Below, piece by piece: positions 1-8,645 of a DNA stretch of 64,000 nucleotides. A program made the position numbers and the translations under genes. Numbering within the stretch: the first letter of the stretch is position 1; every line of letters starts with the position of its first letter. Source of the stretch: Candidatus Obscuribacterales bacterium. GTDB taxonomy: Bacteria > Cyanobacteriota > Vampirovibrionia > Obscuribacterales > Obscuribacteraceae. The notes under the pieces are model-generated. The model was not told the origin of the DNA, did not search any database, and worked only from the letters and a program-made list of their open reading frames with translations. Where the stretch lies: NCBI GenBank assembly GCA_965228855.1, contig CBDDIJ010000003.1:1248001-1312000 (forward strand). Reading direction: 5' to 3'.

Positions 1-26
1 TGGAAAGGATTGTCTAGTTTTGGTTT

Positions 27-389
27 CTACTGCGAGAAGTGTCTTTGTGCCGCGGCAAAACGTTTCGAAAGTGAGCCGCACACAAGGTCGCATAGCTGAT
101 AGATCGTCATATCGGCTACTGAGTAGTATACATAGAGACCCTGTTTGCGTCTGTTCAAAATACCCTGTTCCGAAAGAATTGACAGGTGTTTACTGATATT
201 CGCCTGGCTCATTCCGGTGAGTTCACAGAGCTCTTGGACCGAGTGCTCGCCATCCATTAAATGCTGCAGAAGCTCCAATCTGGTGGCGTCGCCAAGAGCT
301 CGAAATCGAGCAGCGACAATCTCTAGAGCCTCTTTCGGCAATTGCTGCTTTTTCATGCTGGCTGGTCTGACGCTTTTCTTCGAAGCCAT
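27..389 (-). CDS. ArsR/SmtB-family transcriptional repressor, probable sulfide/persulfide-responsive regulator of the divergent operon
   Basis: RALGDATRLELL...SVQELCELTGMSQANISKHLSIL...RRKQGLYVYYS winged HTH; C-terminal CDLVC; GGAG SD upstream; divergent from sulfur genes. Confidence 0.9.
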   Translation of the reverse strand: MASKKSVRPASMKKQQLPKEALEIVAARFRALGDATRLELLQHLMDGEHSVQELCELTGMSQANISKHLSILSEQGILNRRKQGLYVYYSVADMTIYQLCDLVCGSLSKRFAAAQRHFSQ

Positions 390-445
390 TCGACTCCCTC
401 CACTTTTCTAATATTAAGGATATCAATGCACCGTCGTTTCGTCAA

Positions 446-474
446 TTGACTATTCAACCAATTAACGATATAGT
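446..474 (+). promoter_or_regulatory. sigma70-type promoter of the sulfur operon
   Basis: TTGACT (446-451), 17-nt spacer, TATAGT (469-474); GGAGG SD at 493-497 before ATG 506; palindrome GTCAATTGAC (441-450) overlaps the -35. Confidence 0.7.
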
Positions 475-505
475 ATGTTTATCAGAACAGTTGGAGGTTT
501 GTTAA

Positions 506-1072
506 ATGGCTACTGGAACTATTACGCGCTTGAGTCCGGCTGAGGTTTCAGCTTCTATCGCCAGCGGTGCTGGTGTTCAGATTGTGGATGTTCGGACTCC
601 TCTGGAATTTGATGGCGAACACATTGAGCCTTCCAAAAATATTCCACTGGACGAGTTGTCCAGTCGTGGCTCTGAATTAAATAAGGATTCTACAATTATT
701 TTAGTTTGCCGAAGCGGAATGCGCGCTTCTCGCGCGGCTGACCTTCTCGCATCATACGGAATGGAAATTGGTATTTTGGATGGTGGCGTCGTCGGGTGGA
801 AACGTGCCGGTTTAGCTCTAAAGGAAGGCAAAAAACGGATGCCTCTCGAGCGTCAGGTGCAGCTGACCATCGGCACAATACTTTTGTCCAGTGTGGCGGC
901 CGGTTGGACCTTAAATAAAGGTTGGTTTATCGTTCCTGCATTTATCGGAGCTGGATTGACCTTTGCTGGTTTGACTGGAAATTGTGGTCTAGCAATGCTT
1001 TTGGCTAAAGCACCATGGAACAAGCTCGAAAATTGTGAAACATCATCGAAGAAAAACAGTTGCTGCTCCTAG
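506..1072 (+). CDS. Rhodanese domain + DUF2892 membrane sulfurtransferase (YgaP-like)
   Basis: DVRTPLEF..EHI..SKNIPL, active-site CRSGMRA; C-terminal LERQVQL...GAGLTFAGLTGNCGLAMLLAKAPWN. Confidence 0.9.
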   Translation: MATGTITRLSPAEVSASIASGAGVQIVDVRTPLEFDGEHIEPSKNIPLDELSSRGSELNKDSTIILVCRSGMRASRAADLLASYGMEIGILDGGVVGWKRAGLALKEGKKRMPLERQVQLTIGTILLSSVAAGWTLNKGWFIVPAFIGAGLTFAGLTGNCGLAMLLAKAPWNKLENCETSSKKNSCCS

Positions 1073-1088
1073 CTGAGGTCGGTTTGCA

Positions 1089-1844
1089 ATGCTGGTTTTC
1101 GGCGTGACATTGGGACTGTTGACAGGGACTCTGTTGGGGCTCCTCGGTGGTGGCGGAAGCATTATCGCTGTTCCGATTATGGTCTACGTGTTAGGTTTTG
1201 ATGCCAAAACAGCGATTGCAACCAGTCTTGTAGTTGTTGGTATCGCGAGCTTCCTTGCCGCGATAAGCCATTACCGAAGAGAGTCCGTGCTGATTCGGAC
1301 AGCAATTTACTTTGGTTTTGCAGGTGCGTTGGGCAGTTTTTTCGGCGCGCTTATCGGCAAGCAAATTCCGAATGACGTGCAGTTGCTGCTGTTTTCAGTG
1401 GTGGCTGCCGTTACCGGATATCTGATGATACGGCGACGGTCGGAAACTTCTGATACCGGAAGAAAAGTTGTTTCGAAGAATGCAGGCGTGAAAGTATTCT
1501 TCGCAGGTCTCGGCTCAGGAATTCTAACCGGACTGCTGGGTGTTGGAGGCGGTTTCATTATAGTACCGGCCCTGACATTCGTGGTCGGTCTCTCTATTAG
1601 AGAGGCGGTTGGAACTTCCTTAGTTGTGATTGGTATGAACAGTCTCGTAGGTGCAGCGACCTACGCTGGCTTCATTCGCTGGGGTGGCAACGTTATGCCT
1701 TATGTTGTCGGAACCCTCGCTGCAGCTCCGATCGCGGGTCACTTCTCTCAATATGTTCGACAGAGAGAGTTGAAAACCACCTTCGCCGTGACACTACTGG
1801 CAATATCAGCCTTCATGTTCGTAAAGCAGATGGTTCACTTCTAA
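1089..1844 (+). CDS. TauE/SafE-family sulfite exporter
   Basis: Two GLLGxGGGxIxVP repeats, ATSL/GTSL motifs, about 8 hydrophobic helices. Confidence 0.9.
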   Translation: MLVFGVTLGLLTGTLLGLLGGGGSIIAVPIMVYVLGFDAKTAIATSLVVVGIASFLAAISHYRRESVLIRTAIYFGFAGALGSFFGALIGKQIPNDVQLLLFSVVAAVTGYLMIRRRSETSDTGRKVVSKNAGVKVFFAGLGSGILTGLLGVGGGFIIVPALTFVVGLSIREAVGTSLVVIGMNSLVGAATYAGFIRWGGNVMPYVVGTLAAAPIAGHFSQYVRQRELKTTFAVTLLAISAFMFVKQMVHF

Positions 1845-1873
1845 ATATCTAATACAAACCAGAGGTACTCGAA

Positions 1874-3277
1874 ATGTTCTTCAAGCAATTCTATCTAGGA
1901 TGTCTAGCGCACGGCTCGTACTTGCTCGGCTCTAAAGGCGAGGCCGCTGTTGTCGATCCTCAGCGCGATGTCGACCAGTATATCGAAGAGGCTGAAAAGA
2001 GTGGATTGAAGATAAGGTACATCTTTGAGACACATTTGCACGCTGATTTTGTAAGCGGCCATCGAGAGCTTGCGGCAAAAACCGGCGCCCGGATTATTTT
2101 TGGCGCTAAGGCTGGCGCTGTATTCGATCACATCGCCGCTAAGGATGGCGATACGTTTGAGGTTGGATCGATCAAGCTGAAAATTCTCGAAACACCAGGT
2201 CATACGCCTGAAAGTATTTGCATACTTGCTGAAGACTTGGACGATGAGTCCTCGCCTTCGAAGTTGTTCACCGGCGATACGCTCTTTATTGGTGATGTGG
2301 GGCGACCCGACCTTGTGGCTGTAAAAGGTTTTTCTCAAGAACAAATGGCCTCGATGTTGTACGACAGTTTGTACGATAAGTTGGCTAAGCTCGCCGATGA
2401 AACCGAGATCTATCCAGCTCACGGCGCAGGCTCGCTTTGCGGTAAGAATCTTTCGGACGAGCGTTCTTCGACGCTCGGGAAGCAGAAGCTTTTCAATTAC
2501 GCATTTAAGCCGGGAACTGCAAAACAGGACTTCATCAAATTGGTGACCTCCGATCAGCCGGAAGTTCCTGCTTACTTTCCTAAGGACGTCGAATTAAATC
2601 GTCAGGGACCGGTTCAATTGTCCGAGATTGTTCGCCCTCGCCTGATGAAAGGTGCCGAGGTCAATAAGGAGATGCAGCGGGGAACGGTTTTATTAGATGT
2701 GCGCAGTGGTCAAGAATTTGCCAGTGGACACGTAAAAGGGTCTTTGAACATTGGGCTTAGCGGTCAATTTGCTTCGTGGGCTGGAACACTGATTCCTCTG
2801 GAAACTCCAATCATTCTTCTTGCTAATGATGAGGAATCGATCGAGGAAGCCGTTATGCGACTTGCTAGAATTGGTATTGAAAGTGTTATCGGTTATCTTG
2901 AAGGTGGTGTCATCGGATGGAGCAATGCCGGTTTTGAAATTGTTGAGACGCCCGTAATAACGGTAGATGAATTGCGCTCGGAGCTCGATGAAGGAGAGAA
3001 GATATTTGTTCTCGATGTCAGAAGAGTCGGAGAATACGCCGGAGGTCATGTTGATGGCGCTAAGAACATTCCGCTTGCTGAATTGTCGAAGCATATATCC
3101 GAAATTCCGAGGGAGGGTCAGATTGCTTTGATATGCGCTAGCGGTTATCGCTCATCAATTGCGAAGAGTTTATTGGAGCGGGAGGGAGTGACAAACTTGA
3201 TGAACGTTCTTGGCGGAATGAAAGCTTGGAACTCGAGTAATATAGAAGCGACGGTAGGTACAACTTGCAGTCAATGA
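1874..3277 (+). CDS. MBL-fold persulfide dioxygenase fused to two rhodanese domains (CstB-like)
   Basis: ETHLHADFVSG, TPGHTPE, FTGDTLFIGDVGRPDL, YPAHGAGSLCG; pseudo-rhodanese then active rhodanese CASGYRS. Confidence 0.9.
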   Translation: MFFKQFYLGCLAHGSYLLGSKGEAAVVDPQRDVDQYIEEAEKSGLKIRYIFETHLHADFVSGHRELAAKTGARIIFGAKAGAVFDHIAAKDGDTFEVGSIKLKILETPGHTPESICILAEDLDDESSPSKLFTGDTLFIGDVGRPDLVAVKGFSQEQMASMLYDSLYDKLAKLADETEIYPAHGAGSLCGKNLSDERSSTLGKQKLFNYAFKPGTAKQDFIKLVTSDQPEVPAYFPKDVELNRQGPVQLSEIVRPRLMKGAEVNKEMQRGTVLLDVRSGQEFASGHVKGSLNIGLSGQFASWAGTLIPLETPIILLANDEESIEEAVMRLARIGIESVIGYLEGGVIGWSNAGFEIVETPVITVDELRSELDEGEKIFVLDVRRVGEYAGGHVDGAKNIPLAELSKHISEIPREGQIALICASGYRSSIAKSLLEREGVTNLMNVLGGMKAWNSSNIEATVGTTCSQ

Positions 3278-3287
3278 GGTAATTGTC

Positions 3288-4475
3288 TTGAGCCGGAAGG
3301 AAAAAATCGTCATCATTGGTGGTGGCACTGCAGGCATTTCCGTAGGCGCACGGCTGAGAAAGGCTCTGTATGGAACCGAAATCGTGGTGGTTGACCCGGC
3401 TGAGAAGCATTACTACCAGCCCCTGTGGACGCTTGTAGGAGCTGGGGTGTTCGACCGCTCCGAAAGTGCTCGAGATGAAAAGGATTGCATTCCCGAAGGT
3501 GTCACTTGGCTGAAGGAGAGAGTTTCAAAACTATCTCCGGAAACCAATGAGGTTGAACTCGAATCGGGCAAACGGCTGGAATACTCAATTCTGGTCGTTT
3601 GCCCTGGTATTCAGATCAACTGGTCAAAGGTCGCGGGACTGACCGAAGCCATTGGCACAAATGGCGTTTGCAGCAATTACGATTACAACTATGTTGAAAA
3701 AACGTGGGAGAACATCCGCAATTTCAAAGGCGGCACAGCGCTTTTTACCCAGCCGAACACAGTAGTGAAGTGCGGTGGCGCTCCTCAGAAGATCGCCTAT
3801 ATGGCGGAGGACTATTTTCAGAGTAAGGGTATCAGAGATAAGTGCAAGATCATATTTGCGTCCGGGCAGGCCAATATCTTTGCAGTTCCGAAGTACGCTG
3901 CTGCGCTTGAAGAAGTAATTGAACGGAAGCGCATCGAGACATTATTCAAACAGAATCTTGTTGAAATTCGCGCTTCGCAAAAGGAAGCGATCTTTGAGGA
4001 CCTGAACGATGGTTCACGAAAAACAATTGCATATGACATGATTCATGTGTCACCGCCGATGGGACCACCTGACTTTATCAGTTCCAGCCCGCTGGCTGAC
4101 GCAGCCGGTTGGGTTGATGTCAATAAACATTCGTTGCAGCATCCGCGGTTCGAAAACGTTTTCTCTCTCGGTGACGCAGCGAATTTACCGACGTCAAAGA
4201 CGGGCGCGGCGATCCGCAAGCAGGCACCGGTTGTAGTGGCAAATATCCTCGCCCAGCTGGGAGGCTCCGAGCCAACCGCGAGCTACGATGGTTACACTTC
4301 ATGTCCTCTGGTAACTGGTTACAGGAGTTTGATACTCGCAGAGTTTGATTACGCGCTCCAGCCACAGGAAACGTTTCCATTCGATCAAAGCCAGGAACGC
4401 TACTCTATGTACCTGCTGAAGAAGTACGTGCTGCCTACCTTTTACTGGGAAGGAATGCTTAAGGGAAGACTCTAA
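3288..4475 (+). CDS. sqr: Sulfide:quinone oxidoreductase, type II (SQRDL-like)
   Basis: GGGTAG FAD motif, HYYQPLWTLVGAG, KCGGAPQK and YDGYTSCPLVTG catalytic Cys motifs; TTG start after GAGG. Confidence 0.9.
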   Translation: MSRKEKIVIIGGGTAGISVGARLRKALYGTEIVVVDPAEKHYYQPLWTLVGAGVFDRSESARDEKDCIPEGVTWLKERVSKLSPETNEVELESGKRLEYSILVVCPGIQINWSKVAGLTEAIGTNGVCSNYDYNYVEKTWENIRNFKGGTALFTQPNTVVKCGGAPQKIAYMAEDYFQSKGIRDKCKIIFASGQANIFAVPKYAAALEEVIERKRIETLFKQNLVEIRASQKEAIFEDLNDGSRKTIAYDMIHVSPPMGPPDFISSSPLADAAGWVDVNKHSLQHPRFENVFSLGDAANLPTSKTGAAIRKQAPVVVANILAQLGGSEPTASYDGYTSCPLVTGYRSLILAEFDYALQPQETFPFDQSQERYSMYLLKKYVLPTFYWEGMLKGRL

Positions 4476-5569
4476 TTGTTTTCCGGGCATCGCTGATCGA
4501 CCTCTTTGGTGCTCGATTCCTTTACTAGTTTAGCGAGCCTCTTTGATTGTCTTTCAGTCAGATTGTCGGTATTGATTGTCTCAACGAGCGGACTTTTCGA
4601 TGACCTCTGCGAATCTTTATCTATCCAGTTTACGAGTTTGCCGACAAGCGCCGGTGAGAATCTGCCCTCTTCCAATACGAGATGTTCTCCCTCGCCATCA
4701 ATTAGAAATGTTTTGTTCTTTGATTGAGCGTCTTTAAAAAGTCTTGCAACGGCTACTGGTGATACCAGATTGTCATTGAGACCCTGGACGACGAGCAGCG
4801 GCTTGGAGAGGCGTTTCGCATAATGATCTGTTTTAGAAATGAAGCTCATGAAAGCCTTCGCTTCGCCAAGAGTCAATTTGAGTTTATGACTTGAGTCGTT
4901 CATCCAATGATCGCTCAATGATTGATCTTTTGTCGCCTGATGAATGAAAGCCTTTCCAGCGGGACCCGGCATGCTGTGCGGCATGAACACAAACTCTACA
5001 AAACCTTTTAGAGCGTTCCTTTTGATTTTAAGTATTTTCCAAGCCGGTGCTGAACAAATGACTCCGTCGACCAATTCAGGATGTTCAGCGCCAACTCTCA
5101 CTGCAAGCGCTCCTCCCATGGACTCGCCGATCAGAAACACTTTTGATTCCGGCGACTCTTTGTGAATTGACTCCAAAAGTTTGCTTACGTCGTCAACAGT
5201 ATCAACACAGTCAAGCTTGGCGTATTCGGCTTTGTCTCTGTCGGGACCGAAACCGCGAACGTTGACTCCATAGCCGTCGAAACCTGCGTTTTCAAGCTCC
5301 TTTGCCAGCGGTCTGTATGCCCTGGCACAGAGACCCAGACCGTGAATGCAAACGATGACCGTGTTGTTTGGAGTTGGACTGTTCCACTTCAAAATATGTG
5401 TGTCGCCTACAACAACACAAGAAGGCTCTTCTCTGCACGGTGCGCCTATGCTGACTGACTTCTCTTTCGGTCGAGTTGTGCCGTCTGCGAGGGCGGCTGT
5501 ACAGGAACCACTCAAGAGAATTACGGCGAGCAGACCTTGTTGTATAAGGGCGGTAGCGGTTTTTAACAT
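4472..5569 (-). CDS. Secreted alpha/beta hydrolase (lysophospholipase/monoacylglycerol lipase-like)
   Basis: Signal peptide, IHGLG oxyanion motif, GESMGG nucleophile elbow, D (NDNLV) and H (GEHLVL). Confidence 0.85.
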   Translation of the reverse strand: MLKTATALIQQGLLAVILLSGSCTAALADGTTRPKEKSVSIGAPCREEPSCVVVGDTHILKWNSPTPNNTVIVCIHGLGLCARAYRPLAKELENAGFDGYGVNVRGFGPDRDKAEYAKLDCVDTVDDVSKLLESIHKESPESKVFLIGESMGGALAVRVGAEHPELVDGVICSAPAWKILKIKRNALKGFVEFVFMPHSMPGPAGKAFIHQATKDQSLSDHWMNDSSHKLKLTLGEAKAFMSFISKTDHYAKRLSKPLLVVQGLNDNLVSPVAVARLFKDAQSKNKTFLIDGEGEHLVLEEGRFSPALVGKLVNWIDKDSQRSSKSPLVETINTDNLTERQSKRLAKLVKESSTKEVDQRCPENN

Positions 5570-5715
5570 GGTCGCGTCCTCAGATTTGAAGTATTCATTG
5601 ATGAATCTTCAAGTCTAAGTATATCGTTATTTGGTTGTATAGCGAAGCGTTTGTAAACGATTGCGGACCAACATTTTCTGAAGGCTCAGACCGGTCTTGG
5701 AGTTCGAATTTCGTG

Positions 5716-6519
5716 TTAGTAGAACTGCTTGAACAGGACTTGCACCTCGCCGCCCGATTGCGTCGCAGCTGTTCTTACCAATGTGCAGTTTGCCTTTTTA
5801 TTCACGTTGCCCCAGTTTAACCAAACGCTGTTGCACCCTGGATTTACACTCGATGTGCAGTCGTCGCATCCTGGCGGATAAATTCCGTTGCGATTGAGAT
5901 TCGGGCTGTTTGGTTTGGTGCCAAGAGTCAGATTGGACATCGAGGTTACTGAAGCACCACCCACGGTTAACCAAGGACCGCCTGAGTAGGTCGGCGGATT
6001 GTTCGAGTTCAAATTGCACACGATTCTGCAGTTGACACCATTGACGCAGCTGATATCAGTCGATTCTTGAGGCTGCACCGCCTGCGGTGACTGTACGTAG
6101 GCCGGAGTATTGTTGTTCAGTGTGAATTCTGCCAGATTTATTCCATTCGGATAAGCAACCGGCGGACATAGAAGCGGCGGTGTTCCAAATGAAAGGTTGC
6201 CGCTGATTGCAGTTCCAGCTGGCGATGTGTATGAAACCTTTGCACCGCGTGCTAGTGTAAACGAACCTTGAAGACCGCTGCCGGTCCACGTCACCGGAGG
6301 AGTAAAAGTCACCTGGGTCACATCTTGAACAAAACCAGGATTGCTCGGGTAGAAATTCGGATACGCTCCAAGCGTAAGGTACACAGTCACAGCCGCATTG
6401 CTGTCGTTTTTAACCGTTAATTTGGTTTGACCGAGACCCTGCGCTTCCGCAGGCGCGTTGGTCGTTGCAATCGTAAGCAAAGCACTCAAAAAAACACTCG
6501 TCAGGTAACTTGTTTTCAT
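5716..6519 (-). CDS. Secreted Cys-rich protein, thaumatin-like by motif
   Basis: Start moved to MKTSY; signal peptide ending AEA; NLAEFTL and DISCVNGVN resemble thaumatin TLAEFTL/DVSLVDGxN. Confidence 0.6.
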   Translation of the reverse strand: MKTSYLTSVFLSALLTIATTNAPAEAQGLGQTKLTVKNDSNAAVTVYLTLGAYPNFYPSNPGFVQDVTQVTFTPPVTWTGSGLQGSFTLARGAKVSYTSPAGTAISGNLSFGTPPLLCPPVAYPNGINLAEFTLNNNTPAYVQSPQAVQPQESTDISCVNGVNCRIVCNLNSNNPPTYSGGPWLTVGGASVTSMSNLTLGTKPNSPNLNRNGIYPPGCDDCTSSVNPGCNSVWLNWGNVNKKANCTLVRTAATQSGGEVQVLFKQFY

Positions 6520-6725
6520 AAAAACACCCCGAGGCAATTCCGCACAGACAGATTTACATGCCCAAAGATTTCTTGTTAATCTCGAAGTCTCTGCACTAAA
6601 GAAGTGTACTGTCGCGTAATGCTCACCAGCAGGTTATTTGCGGTTTGATAGAATATTTACAATTAGGTCGAAGATGCTGCCGTTGTTGATGGCAAGCTAG
6701 CGCTCCTTGCAGAAACTTTGGGTCT

Positions 6726-7652
6726 ATGATTAGAGAGTGGTTAGTCCAGCTAAACACTGCTACCAATTATGGTGGCATGTTTCAGCGCGTCGTCACGCTT
6801 TCTATTGTCGTTCCTGTCCTGACGGTCCTTCTTTCGACTTCCACTTTGGCGCTCCCCTCCGATTCGGAACTAATAGCGATCGACTACACGCAGATAGAGC
6901 CATCCGAATTTGTTCGGAAGGTTGAGCCTCTGCTGCTTAACAGCCAGAGTCAAGAGAGTCAGAACAAGCGTCTGAAACCTGCGAAGACTCTGTCCGAGGA
7001 GCAAATTCGAATTGCTAAGCTTAGAATCGAATTTCATTTGAACTCAAAGCTACCGCCGTGTCGCATTCAAAAATTTTGTGTGCCAGCAACAAATTATCTC
7101 GGCATTTTTCAACGACCGGTTTCGATGCCATCAGATATTTTTGTCACCGGAAAACTTTACCCCTCGGATAATCAGTTAGGAAACGTAGAATGGTCCTGCG
7201 TGCTGAGTGAACATGGTGAGCCCATAGATCTGCAGGTAGAAATGTACAAATCCAAAGGAAAGGGCTTTTGGATTATTGATGTTCCTGATCTCACAGAGCG
7301 CGAAACCGATGCCGAATTTGACATGTCGATGGTTCGGAGCATAGTTTTCACTGCGCGTGAAGCGTTTCGCTATTCCTTTGAGCCAGGACAGTTGTATGGA
7401 TTCGACAAGAACTCTCGCGATGCTTGGGGCGTAGTTCACAGTGCCCATATTGATAAGGTTGCAAGTGTTTCATACGATAAAAATGGAAGGATGAACGGCT
7501 TTGTCGCGCGCCTTGAGAATGGGAAGACGCTGACCGCTAACCTCGATAAGAAAATGGAGATGCGAAGAATTCGTCTAGACGGAAAGCCCAATAAGACCTG
7601 GACAAAGATGGGGAATCAGGCAATTAAAAATATTGCGCGTGCGAACAAGTGA
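6726..7652 (+). CDS. Hypothetical exported protein (true start may be MFQRV near 6777)
   Basis: 308-aa ORF with a hydrophobic signal-like segment; no motif recognised. Confidence 0.6.
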   Translation: MIREWLVQLNTATNYGGMFQRVVTLSIVVPVLTVLLSTSTLALPSDSELIAIDYTQIEPSEFVRKVEPLLLNSQSQESQNKRLKPAKTLSEEQIRIAKLRIEFHLNSKLPPCRIQKFCVPATNYLGIFQRPVSMPSDIFVTGKLYPSDNQLGNVEWSCVLSEHGEPIDLQVEMYKSKGKGFWIIDVPDLTERETDAEFDMSMVRSIVFTAREAFRYSFEPGQLYGFDKNSRDAWGVVHSAHIDKVASVSYDKNGRMNGFVARLENGKTLTANLDKKMEMRRIRLDGKPNKTWTKMGNQAIKNIARANK

Positions 7653-7732
7653 AGTCTACGTAATTCCTACATTGTGTGGACCATCTGTCCGGTCTAGGAT
7701 AGCTGGACTCGCACAGTTTCTATTCACTCGCT

Positions 7733-8611
7733 ATGTCGGAAGCCTCCTCGAAAGAAATTTCTCGTCACGTAAGCTTAGTACAGCCGGAATCAGCGGCTAC
7801 AGAATCGTCATGGACTAACACCGAGATCGCCACTGGCGCGGCTCTATCGGTTGCGGCAATGGGCGTTGCGATTGCAGCCAGAAAACCGATCGCGGGGGCC
7901 GTTCGCTCGGCGCTCTCCATGGCGGCTAGTGAAACCAAGGCGATACTGCCGGAGCTCAAGGTTGTCGGCTCCGAAACAGGTTTATTGACTCAAGGCGCGA
8001 AGTCCGGTGCTTCATCTCTGACCAGAACGCCGTTTTCATCGCTGGGCGAGCCTTTTCAGGAAAGCGGTCGATTGGTCTCCGGAACGCATCGCCTATCCTG
8101 GGACGAACTCGTGAGGCACTTTGGCACGACGCCAGAGCGCCAGGTGCTGCTGGAAAGGTTTAAACCGATTGCGCACGACCTCAAAGCCGCCAAAGTTGAT
8201 AGCGTCGAAATCGGCGGTAGTTTCGCGTCTAAGAAACCGGCGCCGAAAGACATCGATTTTGCCTGGAACAACGAACAACCCGGTTTCAGCCCCTTGCGAT
8301 TGCGATGGCGGCAGCCCGATTTAATGACGGCAGAAACCGATGCCTTGCAGTATCGCGGACTGCATAACGTCAATGGCGCTAAGGGGGCGAACTATCCGGA
8401 TGCTCTGCAGTTTTTGCGGAAAGTCAAAATTGAACCTAAGGTTGATGTCGACGTTGGAAAAATCAAGTCCCATGCCGAGCTGGTGGAACTTGGCGAGTTA
8501 AGACGGCAAGCTCGAATCGATGCAGCGATGCTAGAGGAACAAATGCGCGCGGCTGGAACTTTGCATCGCAACGGTCTTCTTTCGCTAGACCTGAAGAGCC
8601 TGCCAAAGTAA
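7733..8611 (+). CDS. Hydrophobic N-terminal segment + DUF6932-like predicted nucleotidyltransferase domain
   Basis: GTHRLSWDELVRHFGTTPERQVL...IGGSFASKKPAPKDIDF (GS...DxD polbeta-type signature). Confidence 0.65.
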   Translation: MSEASSKEISRHVSLVQPESAATESSWTNTEIATGAALSVAAMGVAIAARKPIAGAVRSALSMAASETKAILPELKVVGSETGLLTQGAKSGASSLTRTPFSSLGEPFQESGRLVSGTHRLSWDELVRHFGTTPERQVLLERFKPIAHDLKAAKVDSVEIGGSFASKKPAPKDIDFAWNNEQPGFSPLRLRWRQPDLMTAETDALQYRGLHNVNGAKGANYPDALQFLRKVKIEPKVDVDVGKIKSHAELVELGELRRQARIDAAMLEEQMRAAGTLHRNGLLSLDLKSLPK

Positions 8612-8645
8612 CTTTCCGATTCGGGAAATCAATTAGCTGACCAGA

